Source: Ostreococcus lucimarinus
Lineage: Eukaryota
Assembly (NCBI GenBank): GCA_000092065.1
Contig: CP000584.1
Direction: 5' to 3' (one strand)
DNA: 64,000 nt
Shown here: piece after piece, positions 8,626 through 17,292 of the stretch
How positions within the stretch are numbered: position 1 is the stretch's first letter
Layout: each line of letters starts with the position of its first letter
Notes under the pieces: generated by a model
What the model saw: the letters and a program-made list of their open reading frames with translations, nothing else
Databases searched by the model: none
Told to the model about the DNA's origin: nothing
Position numbers and translations under genes: made by a program

Positions 8626-10704
8626 TTAAGTCGACGGGCAAAGTGCTTCTACCAAATCGCCGATTCGCACAGAGTATTCAGTCTCCTTTTCTTGTTCGTC
8701 AGCGGCTTCGTCACGGAACTTTTGTTCGATTATGAAATCTTTCCATTTCGTGCCGCGGTAACCAGCCCGCTTCATGAAAGCGGCCTTAGTTATTGTCTCG
8801 CCTTCGGGCATGCGAATACTGGACTCGCCCTTTTCATTCATGAAAAACTCGCCCAACAACTCTTTGCATTTCACCGCGAAGTTGATCGAAGCGGGTCGCT
8901 TGATCGTAATTTTTACCTTTGCCGTGCCTTTCTTTGATTCGCCTTTGACTGCGGCGACTTGAATTGTGTCTTCAGCGGGTTCTGTGGTCTGTTTCGCCGC
9001 ACTCGCCACAACATCCTTTCCTGGCGTGCTCTGTTTGGACGAGTCGCCGCCGGACGACTGGGCGGCAACATTTATGCTAGAGAGTATGCGACTCAACCCA
9101 CCTGGCGCTCGAATGACTTTTTCCAACACCTTGTCGTTCGCGGTCGTCATGTCGCGCGGCGTCAACGCTTTACTACTCGTCGCAGTCACGCGTTCAGCCG
9201 TCTTCTGCGACGAACTCGAAGAGCTACTGCTTGACGAACTCGAAGAGCTACTACTCGACGATGAGTCCGATGAGTCGCTGCTGCTAGAAGAGCTAGAAGA
9301 GTTACTACTCGACGATGAGCTACCGCTCGAACGAGACTTAATCGCTCCTGTGTTCGATTCCACGTTTTTTGGTTGCGTCGCTTCGTCTGCTTTCGCGCTG
9401 TCCTTCTCGTTGTTGGCATCCTTTTCGGGGAGTGAAGTTAGATCAGCCTTGCCGCTCAGCGACGCTTCGTCGTCCTCTTTCGCGCTCGCCGCTGTTCCGT
9501 CTTCGGCATCTTGCCACATCGGCATTTCACCATCGTACCCGAGTTCGCCCAGTATCGCTTGCGTAAGCATTCTTTCGACGACGCCAAACCTTTGAGATGA
9601 GTGTCTTGGAATTTGTTTCGTAAATCCGTCAACCAGGCAAGTCGGCACGCGTTTATGTTGTGCGTAACCGGATCGGTACAGGCGGGCGATAAGAAGCGCG
9701 ACCGCGAGAAAGTCGCCGACTTCCCTATTTACGGCAGGGGTCATTTTTGCAATCTTTTCGCCCAGTTCATTGAAAATCAGGGTGCCGGTTTCGTACTGCA
9801 CGATGGCGATTTGCTGCGTCACGGCATTCGTCGTTCTCACCAGAGTGTCGAAGGTATCCATATTCAAACGTTCCAGTGCGTTTATGAAAGCTTTACTTAC
9901 GAGCAACGTCTTTACGAAGACGCTATACTGCACACCAGGATTTTTATCGAGCAATGCCTTGACTTCGTCGTACGTCGTTGACGTACTACGCTTGACCGAG
10001 GCCGCTCCCGGCGCCGGAGCTATTTCTTCCACCATCTCCCAAGGACTAGCCTCTGGAACTTCTTCCACGCGCTTGCGTTTCGCCGGTTGCGTCTCAGTTT
10101 TGTCAGCACTCGCGTCTCTATCCCGTTTGTCTCCGGCTTTAGTGTCTTTCGTTGTAACCTTTTCGACGTCCTGGCGTAGCGCAGGCGTCTCACGCTTCGC
10201 GAAAGCCTTCGGCGTCTCTACCGGCGCCAATGCCACGGGCATCGGTGTCGTCGCAAACGCCGTCGTATTCAAGTTCATCGGCGTACCCGCGCTCGCAAGC
10301 GGTGAGATCGCAGGACTAAACGGCGAGTTCACCAACAGCACGCTCACGTTTACCTTTCTGTTTCTCTCCTCCAAAGCCTCCGGCGTGCACATCGCGCGAT
10401 ACGCCGCGATCCCTTCATCCACCCCGCGCTCGGGTTCCACTTGCGCAAACAACGAATCGAACGCATCGTATTTCATCGATTCATCGTCCAAGTCGATCCA
10501 CTTCTTCACGCCGCTAAAGATTCTCAGCGCGTGCAAGTCGCCGACGACGGCTGAGCCGAACCTCGCGCCGTACTTCTCATCGTGCTTGCGTCGAATAGCT
10601 TCCCTCGCCGCTTTCACCCCTGCCTTGACGTCGATGCTCACCGTGAACGACGTCCCGACGCACGTCTCCACGTCGACGCGTCGCACGTCGCTCTCGCGCG
10701 GCAT
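8626..10704 (-). CDS. hypothetical protein with N-terminal Ubl/PB1-like segment and long poly-Ser tract
   Basis: Minus ORF 8626..10749. The track start is TTG; the first ATG is 10704..10702 (MPRESDVRRVDV). There is a poly-Ser run ([21 protein letters not shown]...). The globular middle section (YDEVKALLDKNPGVQYSVFVKTLL...) and the C-terminal section (AKVKITIKRPASINFAVKCKELLGEFF...) match no family I recognise. Confidence 0.45.
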   Translation of the reverse strand: MPRESDVRRVDVETCVGTSFTVSIDVKAGVKAAREAIRRKHDEKYGARFGSAVVGDLHALRIFSGVKKWIDLDDESMKYDAFDSLFAQVEPERGVDEGIAAYRAMCTPEALEERNRKVNVSVLLVNSPFSPAISPLASAGTPMNLNTTAFATTPMPVALAPVETPKAFAKRETPALRQDVEKVTTKDTKAGDKRDRDASADKTETQPAKRKRVEEVPEASPWEMVEEIAPAPGAASVKRSTSTTYDEVKALLDKNPGVQYSVFVKTLLVSKAFINALERLNMDTFDTLVRTTNAVTQQIAIVQYETGTLIFNELGEKIAKMTPAVNREVGDFLAVALLIARLYRSGYAQHKRVPTCLVDGFTKQIPRHSSQRFGVVERMLTQAILGELGYDGEMPMWQDAEDGTAASAKEDDEASLSGKADLTSLPEKDANNEKDSAKADEATQPKNVESNTGAIKSRSSGSSSSSSNSSSSSSSSDSSDSSSSSSSSSSSSSSSSSSSQKTAERVTATSSKALTPRDMTTANDKVLEKVIRAPGGLSRILSSINVAAQSSGGDSSKQSTPGKDVVASAAKQTTEPAEDTIQVAAVKGESKKGTAKVKITIKRPASINFAVKCKELLGEFFMNEKGESSIRMPEGETITKAAFMKRAGYRGTKWKDFIIEQKFRDEAADEQEKETEYSVRIGDLVEALCPST

Positions 10705-10977
10705 CTTCGCGTGCCGATGCCGCCGCCGCCGACCCGTGTCGAGATTCAACCGCGCGGCGCGGCGCGACGCGCGCCGTGCGCCGCTTCGCGACCGCGTCCC
10801 GTGGCGTCGCGCACGTTTATCGTTCTGCGCACCGTCGCGTGGAGCCCGTCGCGCGCGTCGCGAACTGTCATCGCGTTCGCGTCGCGGCGGGCGCCCGCCG
10901 CGCGCGGACGCCTCGAGCGCGCGTCCGCGACGTCCAACGCGCTAAACGGCATCTATTGCACTCGCTAACGGGCTAAG

Positions 10978-11589
10978 CTATTCGGGCGTTTTCGGGGGAT
11001 ACAACGACGGTAAAAGCAGAATCGGGATGAAGGCGGAGACGATGAAGTAAGGCGCGGCGCGAAGGGCGACTCGCGGCGCCCACGAGCGCCAGTCGCCGCG
11101 CAAGCGCAGCGGACGTTTGATTTCAGCGTGACTCGCCCCGCGCTCGCACGCGATCGCGTCGTCGGCGCACACGGCGTCGATGAACGCGCGTTCGTCTTCG
11201 TGCGCGCGCGCCTCGAACGCCGCGCGCACGACCTCGACGTGTTTCCTCGCGAGGCGTCGGCACGCGAGCGACGCATCCGCGTCGACGACGCCGCGCGGGC
11301 CCGCGGGCACGCTCGACTCCGCGTAATGCGCCTCTCCGAACACCGAATACAATTTATCGTACTTGCGCAAGTTTTCTCCCGCGCACGCCCGCGCGAGGGC
11401 GTCGTCCGCGTTCGTCGCGCGCGTCCGCGCGAAGAACGCGACGTCGCGCGCCACCAAGGCGCACGCCGCGCACGAGACGGACGACGCTTTCGCGCTCGGC
11501 CGCGCGTCGTCCACGGGCGCGAACGCGTGGATGGCGACGCCGATCGCGCACGCGAACCACGCGACGGCGAGCGCGAGGCGCGGAAACAT
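10978..11589 (-). CDS. secreted/membrane saposin-like (Canopy/DUF3456-like) cysteine-rich protein with signal peptide and C-terminal TM
   Basis: ATG at 11589..11587 (MFPRLALAVAWFACAIGVAIHA = signal peptide). Six Cys spaced CxxC...C...C...Cx6C as in saposin-fold/Canopy proteins. Hydrophobic tail PYFIVSAFIPILLLPSLY. Upstream ORF residues are Arg-rich artefact. Confidence 0.4.
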   Translation of the reverse strand: MFPRLALAVAWFACAIGVAIHAFAPVDDARPSAKASSVSCAACALVARDVAFFARTRATNADDALARACAGENLRKYDKLYSVFGEAHYAESSVPAGPRGVVDADASLACRRLARKHVEVVRAAFEARAHEDERAFIDAVCADDAIACERGASHAEIKRPLRLRGDWRSWAPRVALRAAPYFIVSAFIPILLLPSLYPPKTPE

Positions 11590-11742
11590 CGCGCGCGCGT
11601 CTGAGGGCGCGCGGCGGCGGGAGGACGGTTGGCGCGCGAGAGCCTCGAGGACGTCTTCGGGAGACGGCGCGCGGGACGGCGCTGCGCGCGCGTCGTGCGC
11701 GACTATCACAAACCCTAAACCCAAACTATTGTATTCTGAATG

Positions 11743-12648
11743 CTACGACGACGACGACACGCCGAGGGCGCGACACACCTTGAGCGGCGCGTTGACGAAA
11801 TTCCTACCCGTCGTCGCGTTCAACACGATGGTGTACACCATGTGGAGAATCAGTGTGTAGCTGAACGAGTTGACGAGGATGAAAAATAACGCCGTGGCCC
11901 ACACCCAGCCGATCGTCGGCGCGAACGTCGCCCCCACGTTCGCCGCGAATTGATCGAGCAGAGAGTACATCTGCGTGACGAGCAACTTCATCACGTTTTC
12001 GCGATACAGGAGCGACGAAATCGAGAGCGAGGCTAAAATCCCGAACGTTCGCGTCAGCGCGCTCGCTGGCACGGTGACCCACCAGCTCGAACCCGACGAC
12101 CAGAGCGAACTCAGCACGTACGCCAAGACGCCGTGCAGAAAGAAATAATTCAACGCTCGCAGCGGCCCGCTGATCATCAACAACAACAGCGAGGCGACGA
12201 CGAGTGTTCGCATCGCCGCCGCGCGCCCCGACCTCGCGCACGCGATCACCACGGGCAGTGGAAATAACGCTCCGAAATACGCATCAAAGCGAAACAGTGA
12301 AGATATGTGGAACGCCAACCCAGTCATCGCCGCGAGCATCGCGGCTTCGACGAGCACGCGCGGCGGCAAGCCCGGCGCCGCCGCGCTCGCGCCGTCTCCG
12401 ACCGCCCTCGTCGCGTTCGTCCCGCTTCCTCGCGCGCGCACCGCGCGCGCGCGCGCCTTCTCGCACAGCGTCGCGCGCGCCCTCGTCGCGTCGCGTCCTC
12501 GCGCGCGCGTCTCCACGCGCGCGCGCGTCTCCGCGCGCGCGCGCGGCGACGCGTGCGCGCGCACCGCGCCGCGCGTCGACCGCACCGCGCGTCCCGAGGT
12601 CGACGCCGACGTCGAGACGACCGTCCCGCAGCGCGCGAGCGCCTCCAT
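11743..12648 (-). CDS. organelle-targeted polytopic membrane protein (DUF2232/YybS-like)
   Basis: ATG at 12648..12646 (MEALARCG). An Arg/Ala/Thr-rich presequence of about 95 aa is followed by several hydrophobic helices (LVEAAMLAAMTGLAFHISSLF..., TLVVASLLLLMISGPL..., IGWVWATALFFILVNSFSYTLILHMVYTIVL). Confidence 0.5.
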   Translation of the reverse strand: MEALARCGTVVSTSASTSGRAVRSTRGAVRAHASPRARAETRARVETRARGRDATRARATLCEKARARAVRARGSGTNATRAVGDGASAAAPGLPPRVLVEAAMLAAMTGLAFHISSLFRFDAYFGALFPLPVVIACARSGRAAAMRTLVVASLLLLMISGPLRALNYFFLHGVLAYVLSSLWSSGSSWWVTVPASALTRTFGILASLSISSLLYRENVMKLLVTQMYSLLDQFAANVGATFAPTIGWVWATALFFILVNSFSYTLILHMVYTIVLNATTGRNFVNAPLKVCRALGVSSSS

Positions 12649-12801
12649 CGCGCGCGTCGTCGTCTGCGCGCGCGCGAGGACGCGCGCGACGACGCCGCGA
12701 CGCGCGTGATCCGTGTTTATAGCGAGTCTCGATACTTGGACATCGCCGACGGCGCGCCTCGGTCCGTCTCTTTGCGACGCGTCAGTCGATTAATAGCACA
12801 G

Positions 12802-13713
12802 ATGAGGTGCGGGCGCGAGCGAAATGTCGTGGGAATATTTACGCGTCGTCGTCGTCGCGCGCGTGCGGCGTGAAGCGTCGCGCGCGTCGTGCGGAGGGGC
12901 GACGATGCGCCGCGCGCGCGAAACCCTACTCGATCGCTCGAGACCGACGAAGCCGACGTCGCGCGCGCGATGCGACGACCCGCGGCCGCGCGCGCGGCGC
13001 TCGATCGATGCGCGCGATGATTGTTCACCGACTGACGACGAATGCACGCTCGTTCACGCGCGCGCAGCAAGCTCAACACCGATACCCTCAAGGAAGGCGT
13101 CACGTTCCTCTTGGAAAAGTCCAAGGAGAAGCCGCGCAAGTTCGTGGAGACGATTGAACTTCAAATTGGTTTGAAGAACTATGATCCGCAAAAGGACAAG
13201 CGTTTCAACGGCACCGTCTCGTTGCCGGTGATTCCGCGCCCGAAGCTCAAGATGTGCATCTTGGGCGACGCCAAGCACTGCGAAGAGGCGACCGGGAACG
13301 GCATCGACTCGATGGACGTCGAGGCGTTGAAGAAGCTCAACAAGAACAAGAAGCTCATCAAGAAGCTCGCGAAGAAGTACCAACACTTCTTGGCGTCGGA
13401 GTCTGTGATTAAGCAAATTCCTCGTCTCCTTGGTCCGGGTTTGAACAAGGCCGGTAAGTTCCCGACGCTCGCCACTCACAACGAGCCGCTCGAGAACAAG
13501 ATCAACGACGTCAAGTCCCAAGTCAAGTTCCAGCTTAAGAAGGTTCTTTGCTTGGCTGTCGCCGTCGGTCACGTCGAAATGACGGAGAAGGAGTTGTTTA
13601 TCAACATCCAAATGTCCGTCAACTTCTTGGTCTCTTTGTTGAAGAAGAACTGGCAAAACGTCAAGTCTTTGTACATCAAGACCACGATGGGCCCGCCCTT
13701 CCGCTTGTTCTAA
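12802..13713 (+). CDS. RPL10A: 60S ribosomal protein L10a (uL1); spliced join(12802..12806,13068..13713)
   Basis: Exon 2 is track ORF 13042..13713 from codon [11 protein letters not shown]. It is near-identical to eukaryotic L10a ([70 protein letters not shown]). The first exon is the 5 nt ATGAG at 12802-12806, followed by donor GTGCGG. Branch GACTGAC at 13030-13036. Acceptor CAG at 13065-13067. Spliced product is [10 protein letters not shown]..., 216 aa, the expected length. Confidence 0.8.
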
Positions 13714-13743
13714 GCGACCACTTCCGATGAAGCATCATCCCTG

Positions 13744-13767
13744 AAGTCGCGCGTTTACGCGCGACTT
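13744..13767 (+). other. perfect 10-bp stem / 4-nt loop hairpin in the RPL10A 3' UTR (aagtcgcgcg-ttta-cgcgcgactt)
   Basis: Read directly. Inverted repeat begins 31 nt after the RPL10A stop (13711-13713). Ten Watson-Crick pairs with a TTTA loop. Confidence 0.5.
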
Positions 13768-14018
13768 TAGCGTACACCAAGTCACCGCAGCCACACTTGA
13801 GCCCCACTGGGACCATGCCCAGTGAAACGGCGTAGCTACGGGAGTCGTTGGTAGCTGCTTAACCGCAGCGACGCTTGCTTTGTCTGTTTTAATCAAACTT
13901 CGTCTGGCAACTTGCCAGTCGTTGTGACGACGCGAAGAGACTAAAATACTACATAAACAACGTTGTTATGAAACACCAATCTCGTAATGACACACTCTAC
14001 TTACTACGCTAGACGAAG

Positions 14019-15122
14019 CTAAAATCCTGGGATGCCCAATTCGTGCGCGAAGCCGCCCTTGATGGCGGCGGCGACGACGACGAGCACGCCCGAGTTCCAC
14101 ATCGAGTGAATTAACATCGGGGTGAGTAAATTGCGAGTTCGCGCATAGCTAAAGCCTAAAACCATCCCCAAGACGACGAGTTCGACGAAATCTCGCGGCG
14201 CGAAGTGCGCGAGCCCGAACAAAACGCTGCTAAAGAGCACTGCGCCGGGCGTCGGCAACCACTTCGTGAGCGACGCGAGGATGAAGCCTCGAAAGACGAC
14301 CTCTTCGAGCAACGGCGCCAACACGCTCGTCACCGTCAACACAGCGAGAAGAGTGCCGTTGTTATCGCTTGAAATCAATGGCAGCACGCCATCAATCGTG
14401 CCCACTTGCTCAGACGCCTTCTCGATCGCTTGTTGACCCCCCTGCGCCTTCTCCGCCACGTCGAGCACAAATCCCGTCGCCGCGAGCGCTAAAAACGTCG
14501 TCCCATATCCGATCAATCCGTACTTGGCCCATCCCCGCTCGCGTTCGAACGGATCGCTAAAATCAAACTTAAACCAGTCCTTGGACTCATCTTTTACCAC
14601 ATCCATGTGCGGGGACACGAGCGCGTACACCAAGCTCAAACTCACCACCGTCTCCGCGCACTGCACCGCGAGCAAGTACTCGGCTTGCGCGTTCGCGTCC
14701 ATCTTCGCCGGATCCACCCCCAACTGCGCCATCGCGAGCGGAAACGCGATCGCCGCGACACCGATGAACGACACACCCCACGCCACGATCCCGAGCGCCA
14801 CCGTTCCGCCGCCCCACGGCACGTCCCAGCGTTCGCGATAGTCGTCGAGCGTCGACGTCGCCTTTCCCGCGCCTCGCGTCGACGACACCACCCGCGCGCG
14901 CGCGCGCGCCGCCTCGAGCGACGACCGCGACGGCGCGGCGTCGACCGCGACGACCGCGCGCTCCGTCTTCGTCTCCGCGCGTTCATCCTCGTCATCGCGC
15001 GCGCGCAGCACCACGACGCATCGACGCAACGTCGTCGTCGCTTTATCCACCGCTCGCGCGCGACGCGTCGCGCGCGCGCGCGGCGCGACGCGCGCGACGC
15101 CGACGCGCGCGACGTTCGTCAT
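14019..15122 (-). CDS. CPBP-family (CAAX prenyl protease-like, Abi/PF02517) intramembrane metalloprotease with plastid-type transit peptide
   Basis: Minus ORF 14019..15146. The track start is GTG; the ATG is 15122..15120 (MTNVARVGV). Motifs EEVVFRGFILASL, FSSVLFGLAHF and HSMWNSGVLVV match the EExxxR / FxxxH / HxxxN signature. Ser/Thr/Arg-rich presequence. Confidence 0.7.
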   Translation of the reverse strand: MTNVARVGVARVAPRARATRRARAVDKATTTLRRCVVVLRARDDEDERAETKTERAVVAVDAAPSRSSLEAARARARVVSSTRGAGKATSTLDDYRERWDVPWGGGTVALGIVAWGVSFIGVAAIAFPLAMAQLGVDPAKMDANAQAEYLLAVQCAETVVSLSLVYALVSPHMDVVKDESKDWFKFDFSDPFERERGWAKYGLIGYGTTFLALAATGFVLDVAEKAQGGQQAIEKASEQVGTIDGVLPLISSDNNGTLLAVLTVTSVLAPLLEEVVFRGFILASLTKWLPTPGAVLFSSVLFGLAHFAPRDFVELVVLGMVLGFSYARTRNLLTPMLIHSMWNSGVLVVVAAAIKGGFAHELGIPGF

Positions 15123-15187
15123 CGTCGACGCTCGCACGAGCGACATCGTCGTCCACGCGCCGTCGTCGGCGCGGAGTGTCGCGGCAG

Positions 15188-15649
15188 ATGACGACGCACG
15201 TCATCATGCGTTGCGCCCCGTCATCGCTCGCGCGCGTCGCCTCGAACGCCGCGGCGTCGTCGAGCGATGGACGCGCGCGCGCGCGTCGCGCGTCGCGCGT
15301 CGCGCACCGCCTCGCCCCCGCGCGCGCGCTGGACGGCGTCGACCCGTACGAGACGACGCAGCTCGTGAGCGTCGCCGGCACCGTCGCCGCGCTCGGCCTC
15401 ACCGCGCTCGCGCTCGGCGCCAAGGGCGAGCCCAAACCGTGCGCCGCGTGTTCCACGACCGGCGGCGAGCCGTGCGCGTTCTGCGACGCGTCGGGGCGCC
15501 GGTCGACGCCGGTGAAGATCACGCAGCGGGACAGAAACGACGACGGCGTCCTCGGGCTGACGCGTAGGAATCCGTACGAGTGCACGGCGTGCAAGGGAGC
15601 GGGGATGATTCTGTGTCGCGCGTGTAGAGGGTCGGGATACGTCGATTGA
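15188..15649 (+). CDS. DnaJ-like zinc-finger protein (BSD2/LQY1/PSA2-like) with presequence and one TM segment
   Basis: ATG at 15188 (track start 15176 is GTG). Four CxxC units, two of them the canonical CxxCxGxG (CTACKGAG, CRACRGSG). Preceding hydrophobic segment LVSVAGTVAALGLTALALGA. Size (about 150 aa) and organisation are like small plastid DnaJ-type zinc-finger proteins. Confidence 0.5.
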   Translation: MTTHVIMRCAPSSLARVASNAAASSSDGRARARRASRVAHRLAPARALDGVDPYETTQLVSVAGTVAALGLTALALGAKGEPKPCAACSTTGGEPCAFCDASGRRSTPVKITQRDRNDDGVLGLTRRNPYECTACKGAGMILCRACRGSGYVD

Positions 15650-15761
15650 GCGCGCTTAGCGACCGTAGGAACGCCGCGCGCGGCGTCATTGTTATTCAAC
15701 GCGTTCGTCCGCGACTGATTATTCTCCGCGAGCGCCCGAGCGCGACACATCGAGTCGCGTC

Positions 15762-17183
15762 ATGCGCTGGGTGGCGTGCAGAGCCGCGTCGGGCGACGCC
15801 CCGCCGAGTCCTCGGTTCGGGCACACCGCCACCGCGTGCGCGGGCGGGCGTTACGTCGTCGTTTTCGGCGGTCTCGATCGCGCCTCTGCGAGCGCGACCA
15901 AGGGCGCGCTGAACGACGTCGTCGTTCTGGACGTCGCGCAGGACGCGTGGTTCAGGCCGCGCGCGGCGAACGTCGACGCACCGCCGCCGCGCGCGTTTCA
16001 CTGCGCGTGCGCGACCGGCGATGGGCGATGCGTCGTCGTGACGTGCGGGCGGGACGGACGCGCGCAGCACGGCGACGCGTGGCGGTTGGACTGCGAGACG
16101 TGGACGTGGACGCGGTTGACGCGCGCGGAGACGACGCCGAGGGATTTCGCGAGCGTGGCGGCGGTCATGGGTGAGGATTCCATAGTCATGTTCGGCGGAT
16201 TCGATGGTAAAGGATGGATCGGGGAGGCGGAGACGCTGACGAGGGCGAGCGAGAGCGACGCCTCGTGGACGCCGACGGAGGCGAAGCCGGCGCGGTTGGA
16301 GGCGATCGAGGCGGTGACGTCGCACATCGCGGGTGGGAGTGGGCGAGCGACGCCGGAGCCGAGGAGTGGGAGCGCGATGGTGGCTCACGGGCCGAATTTG
16401 TTGATCTACGGCGGGCAAGGGGCGAACGGGAGCGCGTTCAACGATACGTGGTGCCTGAGGCGCGAGAGCGACGGAGGCTGGCGATGGGTTCGGCTCGTCT
16501 TGCGCGGATCGCCGCCTACGTCGAGGGCGGGTCATGGGATGTCGATGATATCCGCGGGCGGAATCGCGGCGCCGAATGTCGTCGTTACGGGAGGCGTCGG
16601 CGACGACGGATGGCTCGTCAAGGAGAGAACTTATTTTGACGACGCGTATTTTTTAGATGGAGACAACGCCAAATGGCAAAAGCTAACGTTTAGTGGCGAA
16701 GGCAACGGGCCGAGCTCACGCGCGTACCACACGCTGACGCAGGTGAGCCTGCACAAGTGCTTGTGCTTTGGTGGATTCAACGGCGCAAACGCGTGCAACG
16801 ACGCGTGGTGGCTCGTCGCGGACGATATGGAATACGCCGACATCACTGCCGAGGCCAGAGCGTCGCCTCGAGCGCTCGTCGATGCACTTCGCGCGAAAAT
16901 CGATGAGAATCGATGCCACGCGAAGATCGACGTCTTTGACGGCAATGACGCGGCGTTCCGCCACCATATCGCGTCTTGCGATGCAGACGACGTGCGCTTG
17001 GGCGACGTCCCCAAATTGATGTGCGAGTACGTCGCCGCCACGGCGAACTTAGGTTTACCCGACGAGCATCGTCGGGAGGACGGACAGGGTAGGTTTCGTC
17101 ACTGTGATCCACAGACAATGAAGCTGCGCGACGTCAGTGACGCGCTCACGGAATTACAAGGCGCTTACGTCGCCAACGCGTAG
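15762..17183 (+). CDS. Kelch-repeat beta-propeller protein
   Basis: ATG at 15762. Repeated Kelch signatures (PSPRFGHTATACAGGRYVVVFGG, PRAFHCACATGDGRCVVVTCGRDG, DSIVMFGGFDGKGW, LLIYGGQGANGSAFNDTWCL, HKCLCFGGFNGANACNDAWWL). Confidence 0.6.
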   Translation: MRWVACRAASGDAPPSPRFGHTATACAGGRYVVVFGGLDRASASATKGALNDVVVLDVAQDAWFRPRAANVDAPPPRAFHCACATGDGRCVVVTCGRDGRAQHGDAWRLDCETWTWTRLTRAETTPRDFASVAAVMGEDSIVMFGGFDGKGWIGEAETLTRASESDASWTPTEAKPARLEAIEAVTSHIAGGSGRATPEPRSGSAMVAHGPNLLIYGGQGANGSAFNDTWCLRRESDGGWRWVRLVLRGSPPTSRAGHGMSMISAGGIAAPNVVVTGGVGDDGWLVKERTYFDDAYFLDGDNAKWQKLTFSGEGNGPSSRAYHTLTQVSLHKCLCFGGFNGANACNDAWWLVADDMEYADITAEARASPRALVDALRAKIDENRCHAKIDVFDGNDAAFRHHIASCDADDVRLGDVPKLMCEYVAATANLGLPDEHRREDGQGRFRHCDPQTMKLRDVSDALTELQGAYVANA

Positions 17184-17292
17184 CGATCCGATCTCGGTGT
17201 AAGACGACGTCGACATGTGACTATATGAGGGCCAACGAGGTTGCAACGGCACACCCGTGCGCTCGTTAAACGCGTTCAATCAACGAAAACGC

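Noticed and set aside
13023-13067. Alternative RPL10A model using ATG 13017 and donor GT at 13023
   Set aside because: It gives a 45-nt intron, shorter than the other introns, with the branch motif only 6 nt from the donor, and breaks the reading frame (MIQAQH...).
16741-16760. Canonical-looking donors (CAG|GTGAGC at 16743, 25691, 61476; GTGAGT at 63926; AGTAAGT at 54105) and extra GACTGAC or CTGAC sites in coding or antisense context (5570, 6669, 7100, 17832, 33893, 44072, 50247, 60098)
   Set aside because: They sit inside uninterrupted ORFs with conserved protein sequence on both sides, or on the wrong strand, and lack a partner site at the characteristic distance. A 7-mer is expected about 8 times by chance in 128 kb of two-strand sequence.
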